This document shows positions 48,435-60,418 of a stretch of DNA of 64,000 nt, piece after piece. A program made the translations under genes and the position numbers. The notes under the pieces were generated by a model. The model saw only the letters and a list, made by a program, of their open reading frames with translations, did not search any database and had not been told where the DNA came from. Source of the DNA: an uncultured Gemmatimonadales bacterium (GTDB lineage: Bacteria; Gemmatimonadota; Gemmatimonadetes; Longimicrobiales; Gaopeijiaceae); NCBI GenBank assembly GCA_963809895.1, contig CAWELD010000010.1, positions 480,001 to 544,000 of the forward strand, in the 5' to 3' direction. Each line of letters begins with the position of its first letter. Position 1 is the stretch's first letter.

Positions 48435-50731
48435 GGCGTCACCTCCAACGGCGTTCCGAGCCGCCCGGACATCTGACGTCCGTTCACGGTTGCGGCCATG
48501 GCATCCCCCTGGACCTCCACGCTCACCTGGTGTCCACGGATCACGGCCCCCTCCAGTCGCACGCACTCGAGCCCCAGGGGCAGCGGATCCACGATGATAG
48601 CGACGTCGGCGGCGGCGGCGCCGCTCGGTGCGTCGCCACCTCCGGGCTCCAGCCCCGCGACCCCCCGCACCAGCAGGTCCAGCACCCAGGAGTGCTGGTA
48701 GTCGTCGATGCCCCGGAAGCGGCTGGGGTGCCCCGTGTATGGATTGTAGTGCTCGAAGCAGTTGGGGTGCCCGGGATCGCCGTCGTCGAACATCATGTGC
48801 ACGAAGCGGGTGAGGACGCGGGCCGCCACCGGTCCGACCTCGCGGCGGCCCGCCCGCCACTGCCGGAGCAGGCCCTCGATCAGGTGGCTCGTCGTCATGG
48901 GCCAGACCCGGCCGTTCCAGGGGCAGTTGTGGCGCTTGCCCTTCCACAGGCCCCGGGCGTCGAAGAGGGGGTCGTCCACCGATGAGGAAGGGATGGGCCA
49001 GGTCGTGCCGAAGGTGCGGGGATCGTCCAGATGCGCCAGCAGCCGCTCCAGGTGATGGTCGTCCAGCAGGTCCGTGAGGAGGGGGTAGAACCCCACCGCC
49101 GCCTTGACCCCGGTGCGCTCTCCGGTGCCGGCGTCCACGTCGGTGAAGATGCCGTCCTTCTCGCTCCACATCTCCTGCATGAGGGCCCGGGCGCTCGCGT
49201 CCGCCGAAGCTTCCCATTCGCCGGCCTCGGCGTCCCGGCCCAGGCGCTGGGCCATTAGCGCCAGTGCCCGCCGGAGCCGATGGGCGTACACGGTGACGTC
49301 CACCCCCTTGAGTGCCAGGTGGGGCTCCCAGTCGGTGGTGTCCGAGGCCTCGTCCACCGCCAGGTAGCGGGACATGTACTCCTGGCCGGTCTCGTAGTGG
49401 TTGACCACCGTGATCATCCCCGAGCCCTCGGGATCCCGCTCCCGGGCGAGCCAGCGAGCGTAGCGGGCGAGCCCGTCGTAGGCCTGGGTCAGGAAATCCT
49501 CGTCGGGATGTACGGCATCCACCGCCAGCACCGCGTCGCCCCAGTTCGAGTGGTAGAAATCGGGCTCGGGGCCCGCGCGGCGGCGGCCGAGCCAGAGCCG
49601 GCCGGGCAGGAAGCCGTCGTCCCGCTGCGCCTCCAGGAAGTTGAGCAGCGAGCCCCGGGCCACCGCCGGGTCCCGGCTCCAACGGGTCTCCATCATGTGG
49701 CATTGGGCCGAGTAGCTGATGGGCCAGTGGAAGTACTCGATCCCCTCGGCGATGGCAGGATGGGGATATCCGCCAGGATTGCCGCCCACCCGATTCAGGT
49801 GGAGCCCGTAGATCCGGTAGTCGAAATAGCGCGTGAGGCGCTCGTCGTCACAGACGAAGGTGGGATAGGCGTCGAACGCTTCACTCCACCGATCGGTGGA
49901 AGTGGGGATGGCTGCGCTGGGAAAGGTAGCGCGCACGGGCGCGGGTCGGGGCGCGGAGTCCCTCGCCTCCGCACCGGCCGCCAGCGTCGCCTGCAGGGCG
50001 AAGGTTACCGACGCATCGTTCGCCAATCCGGCCAGCGGTCGCGCCAGCGCGGCGTAGATCCAGCCACGGCCCACCAGGCCGGGAAGTCCCACGCGGTCCG
50101 GCAGTCCGCCGGCGGCCCTGGTCCTGCCCGTCCTCCAGCTTTCCGGGAAGGGCGTCAGGGCCCACACCGGGAACGCCCGTCCTTCGGAGCGTAGCGCATG
50201 ACGGCGCGCGACGCCGTCGGTCTCCAGCCGGAAGCCCACCGGGAGCGACACGTCGTGGTGCTCGAGCAGGCGGCTCCAGGCGACGGCGCGATCCTCGGCC
50301 CGCGACAGCGGCGCGGCCTCTTCGGGTAGCGCCGTGAAGGCCACCAGCGAGGCGCCCTCGAGCTCGGCGCTCCAGCCCACCGGCAACTCCCACACCGAGG
50401 TGAACCACCCGCCGGGCAGGACGCAGCGCGTCTCCTGGAGGGGAATCCCAGGGCCGGCATCGCCGACCTTCGCCTCCCAACGGGCCACCAGGCGATCGGG
50501 GCGCCAGACGCGGCTGCCGTCGGCCATGCGCAAGGGGATCTCTCGCCCCGCGGCGTCCACCAGCGCCACCGTGAACAACGGCCCCACCGGAAAGTGGAAG
50601 AGGTGCGCGGCGTCCCAGAAGCCGGGACGGTCCAGGTGGTCGGGAAAGGGCGGGGCCCACAGGAAGCCCTCTCCGGCCGATAGGTACCACTTGTCCGGGC
50701 GGGCCAACGCCGCCAGGCGGGCCTCGCTCAC
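48431..50731 (-). CDS. MGH1/GH63-like (alpha/alpha)6 glycoside hydrolase
   Basis: YETGQE, GFYPLL, WNGRVWP, FEHYNPYTG, YQHSW. Confidence 0.78.
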   Translation of the reverse strand: MSEARLAALARPDKWYLSAGEGFLWAPPFPDHLDRPGFWDAAHLFHFPVGPLFTVALVDAAGREIPLRMADGSRVWRPDRLVARWEAKVGDAGPGIPLQETRCVLPGGWFTSVWELPVGWSAELEGASLVAFTALPEEAAPLSRAEDRAVAWSRLLEHHDVSLPVGFRLETDGVARRHALRSEGRAFPVWALTPFPESWRTGRTRAAGGLPDRVGLPGLVGRGWIYAALARPLAGLANDASVTFALQATLAAGAEARDSAPRPAPVRATFPSAAIPTSTDRWSEAFDAYPTFVCDDERLTRYFDYRIYGLHLNRVGGNPGGYPHPAIAEGIEYFHWPISYSAQCHMMETRWSRDPAVARGSLLNFLEAQRDDGFLPGRLWLGRRRAGPEPDFYHSNWGDAVLAVDAVHPDEDFLTQAYDGLARYARWLARERDPEGSGMITVVNHYETGQEYMSRYLAVDEASDTTDWEPHLALKGVDVTVYAHRLRRALALMAQRLGRDAEAGEWEASADASARALMQEMWSEKDGIFTDVDAGTGERTGVKAAVGFYPLLTDLLDDHHLERLLAHLDDPRTFGTTWPIPSSSVDDPLFDARGLWKGKRHNCPWNGRVWPMTTSHLIEGLLRQWRAGRREVGPVAARVLTRFVHMMFDDGDPGHPNCFEHYNPYTGHPSRFRGIDDYQHSWVLDLLVRGVAGLEPGGGDAPSGAAAADVAIIVDPLPLGLECVRLEGAVIRGHQVSVEVQGDAMAATVNGRQMSGRLGTPLEVTP

Positions 50732-52131
50732 GAGCCTCCCGAGGTGGCGGTCGCGCCGCCGCCGTCGTTGGCGGATCCGTCGTTCACGCCTCCGCGCACG
50801 TAGGCCAGGAAGGCCGATTCGCGGAGCATGGGATGCGTCTCCAGCTGCGTGATCAGCGGGCCGGCGGCCCGAAGCAGCGCCTCACGGTCGGCCACCTCGG
50901 GCTCCAGCGGTGCATCGCCGGGTTGGCGCGCCTCGAAGATCACGTTGTCGCGGATCTCGAACCCCTCGGGAACCGCGTGGCGGGCGATGGGCCGCTGCGT
51001 GCAGTAGGGCTCGCCGGAGTCGTAGCGCTCGTCCTGGTTCGTGCGCACCAGGACGTTGCCGGTGAGCTCGCCGGGATCGGTGCCTTCGGCGGCCGGCACG
51101 GCGCGGTCCACGATGACGCCGCAGGCGCCGGTGCCGAAGACCACGTTGTCGGCGAAGGTGCCCCGGGGCCGGCCACCGTCGGGTCCCCAGTAGGCCATGC
51201 CCCAGGTGAGGATGTCCTCCACCACGTTCTCGCGGACCACCACCTGGGCGTCCACGAAGGCGCCGATACCCTTCCAGTAGTGGGTGACGCGGTTACCGCT
51301 GATGGTGGCCTGGCCGTTCCATGTCACGCCGATACCCACCCCGCGGCCGCCCCCGTGGCGGGCGCCGGAGGCAGCGTCCACGCCGTCGATGAGGTTGTCC
51401 GTGATGGTGGCCCGAGCAGTGCGGTAGAGCGCCACCCCGTCCCAGGAGTTCCGGAGAATGCGGCATCGGCGCAGCGTCAGATCTCCTCGCTCCCGCACGG
51501 TGACGCCCATGACACCGGAGATGGTGGAGCCGTGGACGATGGCCGAGTCGCCCAGGTTGTCCCGGACGACGCAGTCCTCCACGGTCACCGGCCCACCACG
51601 CACGACCACGCCGGCGTCGGTTGCGCGGCCGTCGGGATCCCGGATCCCGCCCGTGACGGTAATCCCCCGGAGCCCGCAGTTTCGGCAATCGTCGAAGAGC
51701 ACGCCGTATCCCGAACGGGTCTCCAGCACCACCGCCGTGGGATCGTCGGGGTCACCTTCCAGGGTGATGGAATCGCCGGCGAGCCGGAGGCCCCGAGTGG
51801 CGGGCACGGTCTCGGTGGCGTCCTGGCAGTTGCCGCAGGCCGGGTCGATGTAGTCCACGGGCGAGAGCACGTAGCGCCCCGGCGCCAACCTGACCCGGGC
51901 CGGGCCGGAGAGGGTGTCCAGAAGGGCCTGCAGCCCGGCGCCACCGTCGGCCTCGGCGCGGACCTCCACGACCGGAGGGCCGGCGTTCGCCGACGGTCCG
52001 CAGGCGGAGATCGTGATGGCGAGGAGTACCGCCGCAGGCAGGGTGACGCGGAGAGCGCGGCGGTAGTCCGGGCGGTGCGGGCGCAGGCGACGGGGGTCGC
52101 GGATCGTGGTCGCGCGATGGATCGATGGCAT
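50728..52131 (-). CDS. Right-handed parallel beta-helix lipoprotein
   Basis: ISAC lipobox; NSWDGVALY, repeated xxN-V ladders. Confidence 0.75.
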   Translation of the reverse strand: MPSIHRATTIRDPRRLRPHRPDYRRALRVTLPAAVLLAITISACGPSANAGPPVVEVRAEADGGAGLQALLDTLSGPARVRLAPGRYVLSPVDYIDPACGNCQDATETVPATRGLRLAGDSITLEGDPDDPTAVVLETRSGYGVLFDDCRNCGLRGITVTGGIRDPDGRATDAGVVVRGGPVTVEDCVVRDNLGDSAIVHGSTISGVMGVTVRERGDLTLRRCRILRNSWDGVALYRTARATITDNLIDGVDAASGARHGGGRGVGIGVTWNGQATISGNRVTHYWKGIGAFVDAQVVVRENVVEDILTWGMAYWGPDGGRPRGTFADNVVFGTGACGVIVDRAVPAAEGTDPGELTGNVLVRTNQDERYDSGEPYCTQRPIARHAVPEGFEIRDNVIFEARQPGDAPLEPEVADREALLRAAGPLITQLETHPMLRESAFLAYVRGGVNDGSANDGGGATATSGGS

Positions 52132-52174
52132 GCGCCCGAAGCTAGGGTCGGGCGCTCCGAGCCGCGACCCGGCG

Positions 52175-54796
52175 CTACTCGGCGTTCAGCGTGCGCGCCG
52201 GATCGACGCGCGAGGCCCGCATGGAGGGCACCAGGGTCGCGACCAGCACCGAGGCGCCCAACACCACCACCACCACGGTCCAGGCGCGGGGATCCAGCCA
52301 GGCGACGCCCCGGAGATTTCCGGCGAGGGCCCGGGCGAAGAAGGCCCCGGCGGCCAGTCCCAGGACCAGGCCGAGGCCGCCGACGCGGGCGCCCTCGCCG
52401 AGGACCATCCCCCGAACCTGACCCTCGGAGGCGCCCACGGCCATGCGGATGCCGATCTCCCGCGTGCGTGTGGCCACGGAGAACGCCACCAGCCCGTAGA
52501 CGCCGGCCACGGTCAGAAGCAGGGCCACGGCTCCGAACGCCGAGAAGAGGCCGCCCAGGAACCGGAGCGGTGCCAGCGCACGCCGGTGGATGTCGGCCAG
52601 CGTGCCGACGTTGGCCACCGCCAGATCCGGATCGAGACGGGCCAGGGCCTGTCGCACCGCCGGCACCAGGCTGACGGGATCGCCGTCCACTCGCAGCAGG
52701 AAGGCGCGGCTGGCGCGTGGGCTCTGCGCGTGGGGCACCAGGACCATGGGCAGCGTGGAGCCGCTGCCGATTTCGGTGACCAGGTGGTCCGGGAAGACGC
52801 CCACCACGGTCCGGTAGACGTTCTCGTCCCGCCACGAGCGCACCTTCATGCCCACGGGGGATTGTCCCTCGGGCGCCAGCAGGCGGGCCATGCGCTGGCT
52901 CACCATCATCACCGGTTCGGAATTCGCGTCGTCCGTACGGGTGAAGGTACGGCCCCGGGTGGGAGAGAGGCCCAGCGTCTCCAGGTAGTGGGGATCCACC
53001 TCGACCCATTGCGCGATCTGCTCCGGTCCATCGGGCGGCTCGGGAGCGCCCTCGGGCAGGAAGGCGCGCACCAGCTCCAGACCGCCACCGTTGAACGGCG
53101 TCGTCGATGTCAGCGCCACCTCGCGCACGCCCGGCAGGGCGGCGAGCTCCTCCTCGCCTCGTCGGTAGAAGGCCAGGATGTCGTCGGGCTCCTGGTAGCG
53201 GCCCGAAGGCAGCACCAGCGAGAAGGTGAGGAGTCCCTCTGCTCGGAAGCCGGGATCGGTGGCGAGCTGGGTCTGGAAGGAGCGGAGCACCAGGCCCGAT
53301 GCCAGGAGCAGGACGACGCTCAGCCCCACTTCGACCACGACCAGGGCACGCTGGCCTCGGCGGCGTGAGCCTCCGCCTCCGCGGCCTCCTTCGCGTAGAC
53401 TGGGGGCGGGCTCGGCGCGGCCCGCGGCGACGGCCGGCGCGGTCCCGGCCACGAGCGCCGCCAGCAGGGAGAGGGCGAGGGCCGCCCCCACCACCGTGGG
53501 ATCGAGGCGGGCCGCGTGGGCACCGGAGAACGCTGCCGGCGCGATGCGCGCGAACGCCCGCATGAGCAGCAGCGCCAGTGCGATCCCGGCGGCTCCGCCC
53601 GCGACGGCCAGCAGTCCGCTCTCCAGCAGCACCTGCCGTATCAGCCGGCCCCGGTCGGCTCCCAGCGCCGCCCTGAGCGAGAGCTCCCGGGCGCGGCGAC
53701 GGCCCTGGACCAGGAGCAGGCCGGCCACGTTCAGGCAGGCCACCAGCATGACGGCCAGGACCGCGAGGCCGGCCAGAAGCGCCAGGCGGGGGGTCTCCAC
53801 CGAATAGAGCGAGCGCTGCAGCGGCACCACCTGCACGCGCCAGTCCCGCTCGTCGTCTCCCTGCGGGAGCTGGCTGCGGGCGCGGGCGACCACCTGGGAC
53901 AACCGCGTGGTGGCAAGCTCGGCGTCGGCGTCGGGCGCCAGGCGGGCGATGACCTGGAAGGTGTGGTTGTCGCGACGGTCGGCCCACTCGGGTGGCGCGT
54001 CGCCCCAGCCGTAGGCGATCCACGCATCGGCCCCCACCGGCCAGGCATGGTCGGCGGCGAGCACGCCTACCACCGTGTAGCCCCGGCCGTCGAGGCGCAC
54101 GGTGCGGCCGACCACGGTGGGATCCGCTCCCCAGCGCCTGCGCCACAGGCCCTGGGAGAGCACGATGGTGCGCGGCGCATCGGCCGCCTCGTCGGCGGCG
54201 CCGAGCACGCGCCCCACGAGGCCCTCCACCCCGAGAACATCGAAGAACGACGGGCCCACTTCGGCTACCCGGATTCGCTCGGCGGCCACCTCGCCTGCCA
54301 GGTCCACGCTGGCCTGGCTGTAGATGGCCGCATCCGCCAGCACGTCGCTCTGACTGACGTCGTGGAAGTCGGGCCACGACACGCTGGAGCGCTGGAATCC
54401 CTGTACCGGGTTACGGGACCAGACGCGGACCAGCCGGTCGCCGTCGGGGAAGGGGAGCGGGCGGAGCAGGAGGCGGTCCGCCACGCTGGCCACCGCCGTG
54501 GCGCTCCCGATGCCCACGGCCAGGATCGCCACCGCCGCCGCCACCAGAGCCGGCCGCCGCCGGAGCGAGCGGAGGGCCTGCCTGAGATCCACCATCCATC
54601 GTCCCATCCCTGCCTCCCGTCGTCGCAGATGGAGGGCGTGAGGCACGATGCCAAGCGCCCACACCGAGTCCTTCAATGCGCTGCCGCCCGCCCGGCTCCG
54701 ATGTACCAGGTCGGCCTCCCACTGCCTGAACAGGCGAGGGCGGGAGTCGGCGGGAGCCAGCAGGCACCCGACCCGGATCAGCCAGCGCGCCAGCAC
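52175..54796 (-). CDS. ADOP-type duplicated ABC permease
   Basis: LLRPLPFP, LVACLNVAGL, REIGIRMAVGA, RASRVDP. Confidence 0.9.
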   Translation of the reverse strand: MLARWLIRVGCLLAPADSRPRLFRQWEADLVHRSRAGGSALKDSVWALGIVPHALHLRRREAGMGRWMVDLRQALRSLRRRPALVAAAVAILAVGIGSATAVASVADRLLLRPLPFPDGDRLVRVWSRNPVQGFQRSSVSWPDFHDVSQSDVLADAAIYSQASVDLAGEVAAERIRVAEVGPSFFDVLGVEGLVGRVLGAADEAADAPRTIVLSQGLWRRRWGADPTVVGRTVRLDGRGYTVVGVLAADHAWPVGADAWIAYGWGDAPPEWADRRDNHTFQVIARLAPDADAELATTRLSQVVARARSQLPQGDDERDWRVQVVPLQRSLYSVETPRLALLAGLAVLAVMLVACLNVAGLLLVQGRRRARELSLRAALGADRGRLIRQVLLESGLLAVAGGAAGIALALLLMRAFARIAPAAFSGAHAARLDPTVVGAALALSLLAALVAGTAPAVAAGRAEPAPSLREGGRGGGGSRRRGQRALVVVEVGLSVVLLLASGLVLRSFQTQLATDPGFRAEGLLTFSLVLPSGRYQEPDDILAFYRRGEEELAALPGVREVALTSTTPFNGGGLELVRAFLPEGAPEPPDGPEQIAQWVEVDPHYLETLGLSPTRGRTFTRTDDANSEPVMMVSQRMARLLAPEGQSPVGMKVRSWRDENVYRTVVGVFPDHLVTEIGSGSTLPMVLVPHAQSPRASRAFLLRVDGDPVSLVPAVRQALARLDPDLAVANVGTLADIHRRALAPLRFLGGLFSAFGAVALLLTVAGVYGLVAFSVATRTREIGIRMAVGASEGQVRGMVLGEGARVGGLGLVLGLAAGAFFARALAGNLRGVAWLDPRAWTVVVVVLGASVLVATLVPSMRASRVDPARTLNAE

Positions 54797-55123
54797 CTAC
54801 GCCTCGCGTGCCCGGCCGGGGTGGGTCACGCCGTCGATGGTGAGGGGTGCCAGCGCCCGGTAGCGCTCCAGCCCTTCGATGAGCGCCTGCTTGCCGGCCT
54901 TGGTGATGGCGTAGTAGCGGCGGGGCGGCCGCTTCTCGGCCCGGGCCACCTCCACGTCCTCCCAACTGGACTCGGCGAGCCCCTCCTCTTCGAGGCGCTC
55001 CAGCGTGGGATACACGGTGCCGCTGGTGAGGCCGGTCTCGCTCTGGATGTCGAAGCCGTGGCCGTGGCCGCGGGCCAGGGCGTGGAGGATCATGATCTGG
55101 CCGACGCTGGGCTTTCGGGGCAT
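54797..55123 (-). CDS. PadR family transcriptional regulator
   Basis: HGFDI, GTVYPTLERLE, PPRRYYAIT. Confidence 0.88.
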   Translation of the reverse strand: MPRKPSVGQIMILHALARGHGHGFDIQSETGLTSGTVYPTLERLEEEGLAESSWEDVEVARAEKRPPRRYYAITKAGKQALIEGLERYRALAPLTIDGVTHPGRAREA

Positions 55124-55145
55124 GGGGCGCCTCACTCGTTTCTAG

Positions 55146-55166
55146 CTAAGTTGAATGTCAACCTAG
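55146..55166. promoter_or_regulatory. Putative PadR operator
   Basis: CTAAGTTGA-ATG-TCAACCTAG (one mismatch); contains TTGACA on the minus strand. Confidence 0.55.
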
Positions 55167-55293
55167 ATAGCTTCCGGGCGACGGGCAAGTGTGGGGTGCC
55201 TCGCCCCATCGGGGGCCGCCTGGGGGGCTTCGCCCGCCGGGGCCGCACCGGGTGGTGATCGGGTGGCCTGGCGCCTGGGCCGCATCGAGTGGC

Positions 55294-55442
55294 GTTTCGC
55301 AGCCAGGGATGGCCGCGGCGGAGGGTGCTGGCTGCAAAGTCCAGGACTATCCTGGCGTTTGCAGCCACGGAAGAGGAGACGCGTGTTCAGGGCTGCAAAC
55401 ACCAGAATAATCATGGTGTTCGCAGCCCTCTTCACGTGATTC
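55294..55442. repeat. Palindromic intergenic element, copy 2 (hairpins at 55330-55366 and 55391-55427)
   Basis: Aligns with 3063-3210. Confidence 0.85.
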
Positions 55443-55502
55443 GGCGATCCAGGGCGGCGATCCCCATGTTCGCCCCCCACGACCGACCACGCGCGAGCCG
55501 CT

Positions 55503-56240
55503 CTAGCCGTCCACCAGCTCCCGCGCCCGCGCCCACACGGCGTCGAACATCTCCTCGGTGAGCGTGCCGGTGAAGGTGTTCTGCTGAGACGGGTGGTACG
55601 AGGCCAGCACCGGTAGCCGTTCGGGGGCCCCGCGCTCGGCGGGCAGATCCTCGGGCCGCCCCACGAGCGTCTCGGCGCCGTGGCCGAATCGCGGCCGAGG
55701 CGTGGCTACGTCCCACCGCTCGGCGCTCATGATCCGGAGCACCTGATTCCAGGCGTAGGATCCCAGCGCCACGACCCCCCGCAGGCCCGGTGCCAGCAGG
55801 CGCAGCTCCTCTTCCAGATACGGCCGGCAGCTCCGGCGCTCATCGGGCGTGGGGCGGTTCCCGGGTGGGGCGCAGCGGACGGCCGCGGTGAGCCAGAGGT
55901 CGTGAAGCTCCAGGCCGTCGCCTCGCGCCTCGGCCGTGGGCTGGCTGGCGAAGCCTGCCCGGTGGAGCGCCCGGAAGAGCCAATCCCCCGAACGATCTCC
56001 GGTGAACATGCGGCCGGTGCGGTTGGCGCCGTGGGCCGCCGGTGCGAGTCCCACCACCAGCAGACGAGCCTCCGGGTCTCCGAAGGCGGGCACCGGACGG
56101 CCCCAGTACTCCTCGTGGGCGAAGGACGCCCGCTTTTCCTGCGCCACCTTCTCGCGCCAGGCCACCAGCCGCGGGCAGCGCCGGCAGGCCGCCACCTCCT
56201 CCTGCAGTCGGAGGAGGTGGCGCGTACCCGACTCGGTCAT
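55503..56240 (-). CDS. Uracil-DNA glycosylase family 5 (UdgB-like)
   Basis: CRRCPRL, GLAPAAHGANRTGRMFTGD, YHPSQQN. Confidence 0.92.
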   Translation of the reverse strand: MTESGTRHLLRLQEEVAACRRCPRLVAWREKVAQEKRASFAHEEYWGRPVPAFGDPEARLLVVGLAPAAHGANRTGRMFTGDRSGDWLFRALHRAGFASQPTAEARGDGLELHDLWLTAAVRCAPPGNRPTPDERRSCRPYLEEELRLLAPGLRGVVALGSYAWNQVLRIMSAERWDVATPRPRFGHGAETLVGRPEDLPAERGAPERLPVLASYHPSQQNTFTGTLTEEMFDAVWARARELVDG

Positions 56241-56247
56241 GCGGTGC

Positions 56248-58557
<2,310 letters not shown>

Positions 58558-58712
58558 GAATGGCTCCAGGGTTCAGGTGGCGTCTCGGGGCTGGACCGGG
58601 GGCAGGGAGGCCCGCACGGCGAGACGTGCCGGGGGCCTCCGGCAATTTCGACAGCTACGCGGCCGGAAGCGTTGAGGTCCGCGGCCCACCGCCGCAAGGT
58701 CACCGCTACCGG

Positions 58713-59210
58713 TCAGGAATCGGCTTCCAGCAGCTCGAACGTGCCGGTCCGCCGGTTCTTCCGCACCTGATTCCAGTCGAAGCAGCGGCCGTTCATGGCG
58801 ATGTAGATCCCCGGCGGCAGAACCTGGGCGAAGGACAGCGCGCTACCGAGGTTGAAGAGGCCGTCGGAGCTGCCGAAGGCGTAGGGGATCATGGCTCCGG
58901 TCAGCACCACCGTCTTGCCCTGGACGGTGCCCGCCAGGGTGCGGGCGGTCTCGGTCATGGTGTCGGTGCCGTGGGTGATGACGATGCGATCTTCGGCGCA
59001 GCGTTGGCAGTTGCGGCTGATGGTGTCCCGGTCCGCGTCGGTCATCTCCAGGCTGTCCACCATCATCAGGGTGCGGACCTCCAGGTCGAGGGCGCACCGG
59101 CCCCGCCGGAGCATCTCGGGCAGGTGGGTGTCTCCGAAGGAGAGCTCTCCCCGGATCTCGTCGTATTCCTTGTCGAAGGTGCCGCCGGTCACGAAGACCC
59201 GGATGGCCAT
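58713..59210 (-). CDS. Short asparaginase-domain protein
   Basis: TGGTFDK, HGTDT, LTGAM. Confidence 0.88.
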   Translation of the reverse strand: MAIRVFVTGGTFDKEYDEIRGELSFGDTHLPEMLRRGRCALDLEVRTLMMVDSLEMTDADRDTISRNCQRCAEDRIVITHGTDTMTETARTLAGTVQGKTVVLTGAMIPYAFGSSDGLFNLGSALSFAQVLPPGIYIAMNGRCFDWNQVRKNRRTGTFELLEADS

Positions 59211-59230
59211 GAAGGGCTCCCTGTCTGGAA

Positions 59231-59620
59231 TCAGCCGGGCTCGCCCTCCGATTCCACCGCGTCGCGGGTCAACTCGTTGGCCGCATCGATGGCGAGGGGG
59301 AGCGCGGCCCGGAGCTCGCCTGGCGCCACCGAGGCCCGAAAGGGCCGGCGCAGGCTCCGGTACGCACCATCCTGGCGCAGCCGGGCGCCCACCGCCAGAT
59401 CGATGGCGCCATCGGGGGAGTCCGCGGCAGGCGTCACGATGATGTGGCGCTCCATCCCGTCGCGGTACCACTCGAAGATCCGCTCCGGCCTGCCGGCTGG
59501 ATCGCGCAGGAGATCCGTGCCGTTGGCCAACGCGAAGATGTTCAGGTCCGAATCGATCTCCTGCAGGACGGATCCGGCGGGCTGTTCTTCGCCGCCTGGT
59601 CCGGTTGGCTCCTGAGACAT
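59231..59620 (-). CDS. Hypothetical protein
   Basis: Clean ORF co-oriented with neighbours, protein-like composition. Confidence 0.6.
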   Translation of the reverse strand: MSQEPTGPGGEEQPAGSVLQEIDSDLNIFALANGTDLLRDPAGRPERIFEWYRDGMERHIIVTPAADSPDGAIDLAVGARLRQDGAYRSLRRPFRASVAPGELRAALPLAIDAANELTRDAVESEGEPG

Positions 59621-59729
59621 GGGATCGACGCTCCTGGCTGGCGGTCGGATGCTGCGATGCCCGGCGGAAGGCCGCGGCTGTGCTTCTATAGACGCGGCCC
59701 GCCGAACGAAGGTTTCCCCGATGACCCCT

Positions 59730-60335
59730 TCAGCGAAAGAACAATTGTAGTTCGAGCCCGGACCGGAAGGTGCCGTAGGTGTCGGTCGAGCGCTCCCTCT
59801 TCACACCGGCGAGGTTGTCCACGATGTCGGCGCTGGTGTGGAGGTACTGGACGCCCGTGTACGCACCGATGGCGATCTGACGTGTGGGATACCACTCGGC
59901 GCCCAACGCCAGAGAGCCCTGGATGTTGAAGCCCGTCTCGTCGCGCTGAAGATCGTCGTTGATGTGGAGATCGCTCCCGGACCACCCCACGGACAGCTTG
60001 GTACGCAGGTAGGGCGAGACCGGGCCGGTCCGCATCCCGTAGTAGCGGATCGAGGGGCCGATGTTGAGGAGCCAGGTGGTGGCCACGCCATCCTGGGTGA
60101 CATTGGCCTCGAGTCGCTCGTCGCTGGTGCCGCGACGGAATTCGACCTCCATGCCGCCGTTCAGCCGGTCGCTGAGCATGCGCCAGACTCCGAGGACGGT
60201 GCCCAGGTCCGAGTTGAAGAGCTGGGTGGCGATGGACCAATCCCCCTTCCGGGGCGCTTGCTGCGCCTGGAGCGGGGCCGAAGTCACAAGGGCGGACAGT
60301 CCCAGGGTGGCGAGAGCGATCAGGGTTCGGCGCAC
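59730..60335 (-). CDS. Outer membrane beta-barrel protein
   Basis: Signal peptide, amphipathic strands, aromatic C-terminus. Confidence 0.7.
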   Translation of the reverse strand: MRRTLIALATLGLSALVTSAPLQAQQAPRKGDWSIATQLFNSDLGTVLGVWRMLSDRLNGGMEVEFRRGTSDERLEANVTQDGVATTWLLNIGPSIRYYGMRTGPVSPYLRTKLSVGWSGSDLHINDDLQRDETGFNIQGSLALGAEWYPTRQIAIGAYTGVQYLHTSADIVDNLAGVKRERSTDTYGTFRSGLELQLFFR

Positions 60336-60418
60336 GGGGTTCTCCAGCGGGAAGTGGGACGATGCTTCGGCATCCACGGGGTCTCGGTCCCTACCCTACG
60401 CGCCCGTAGCGGTGGGGG

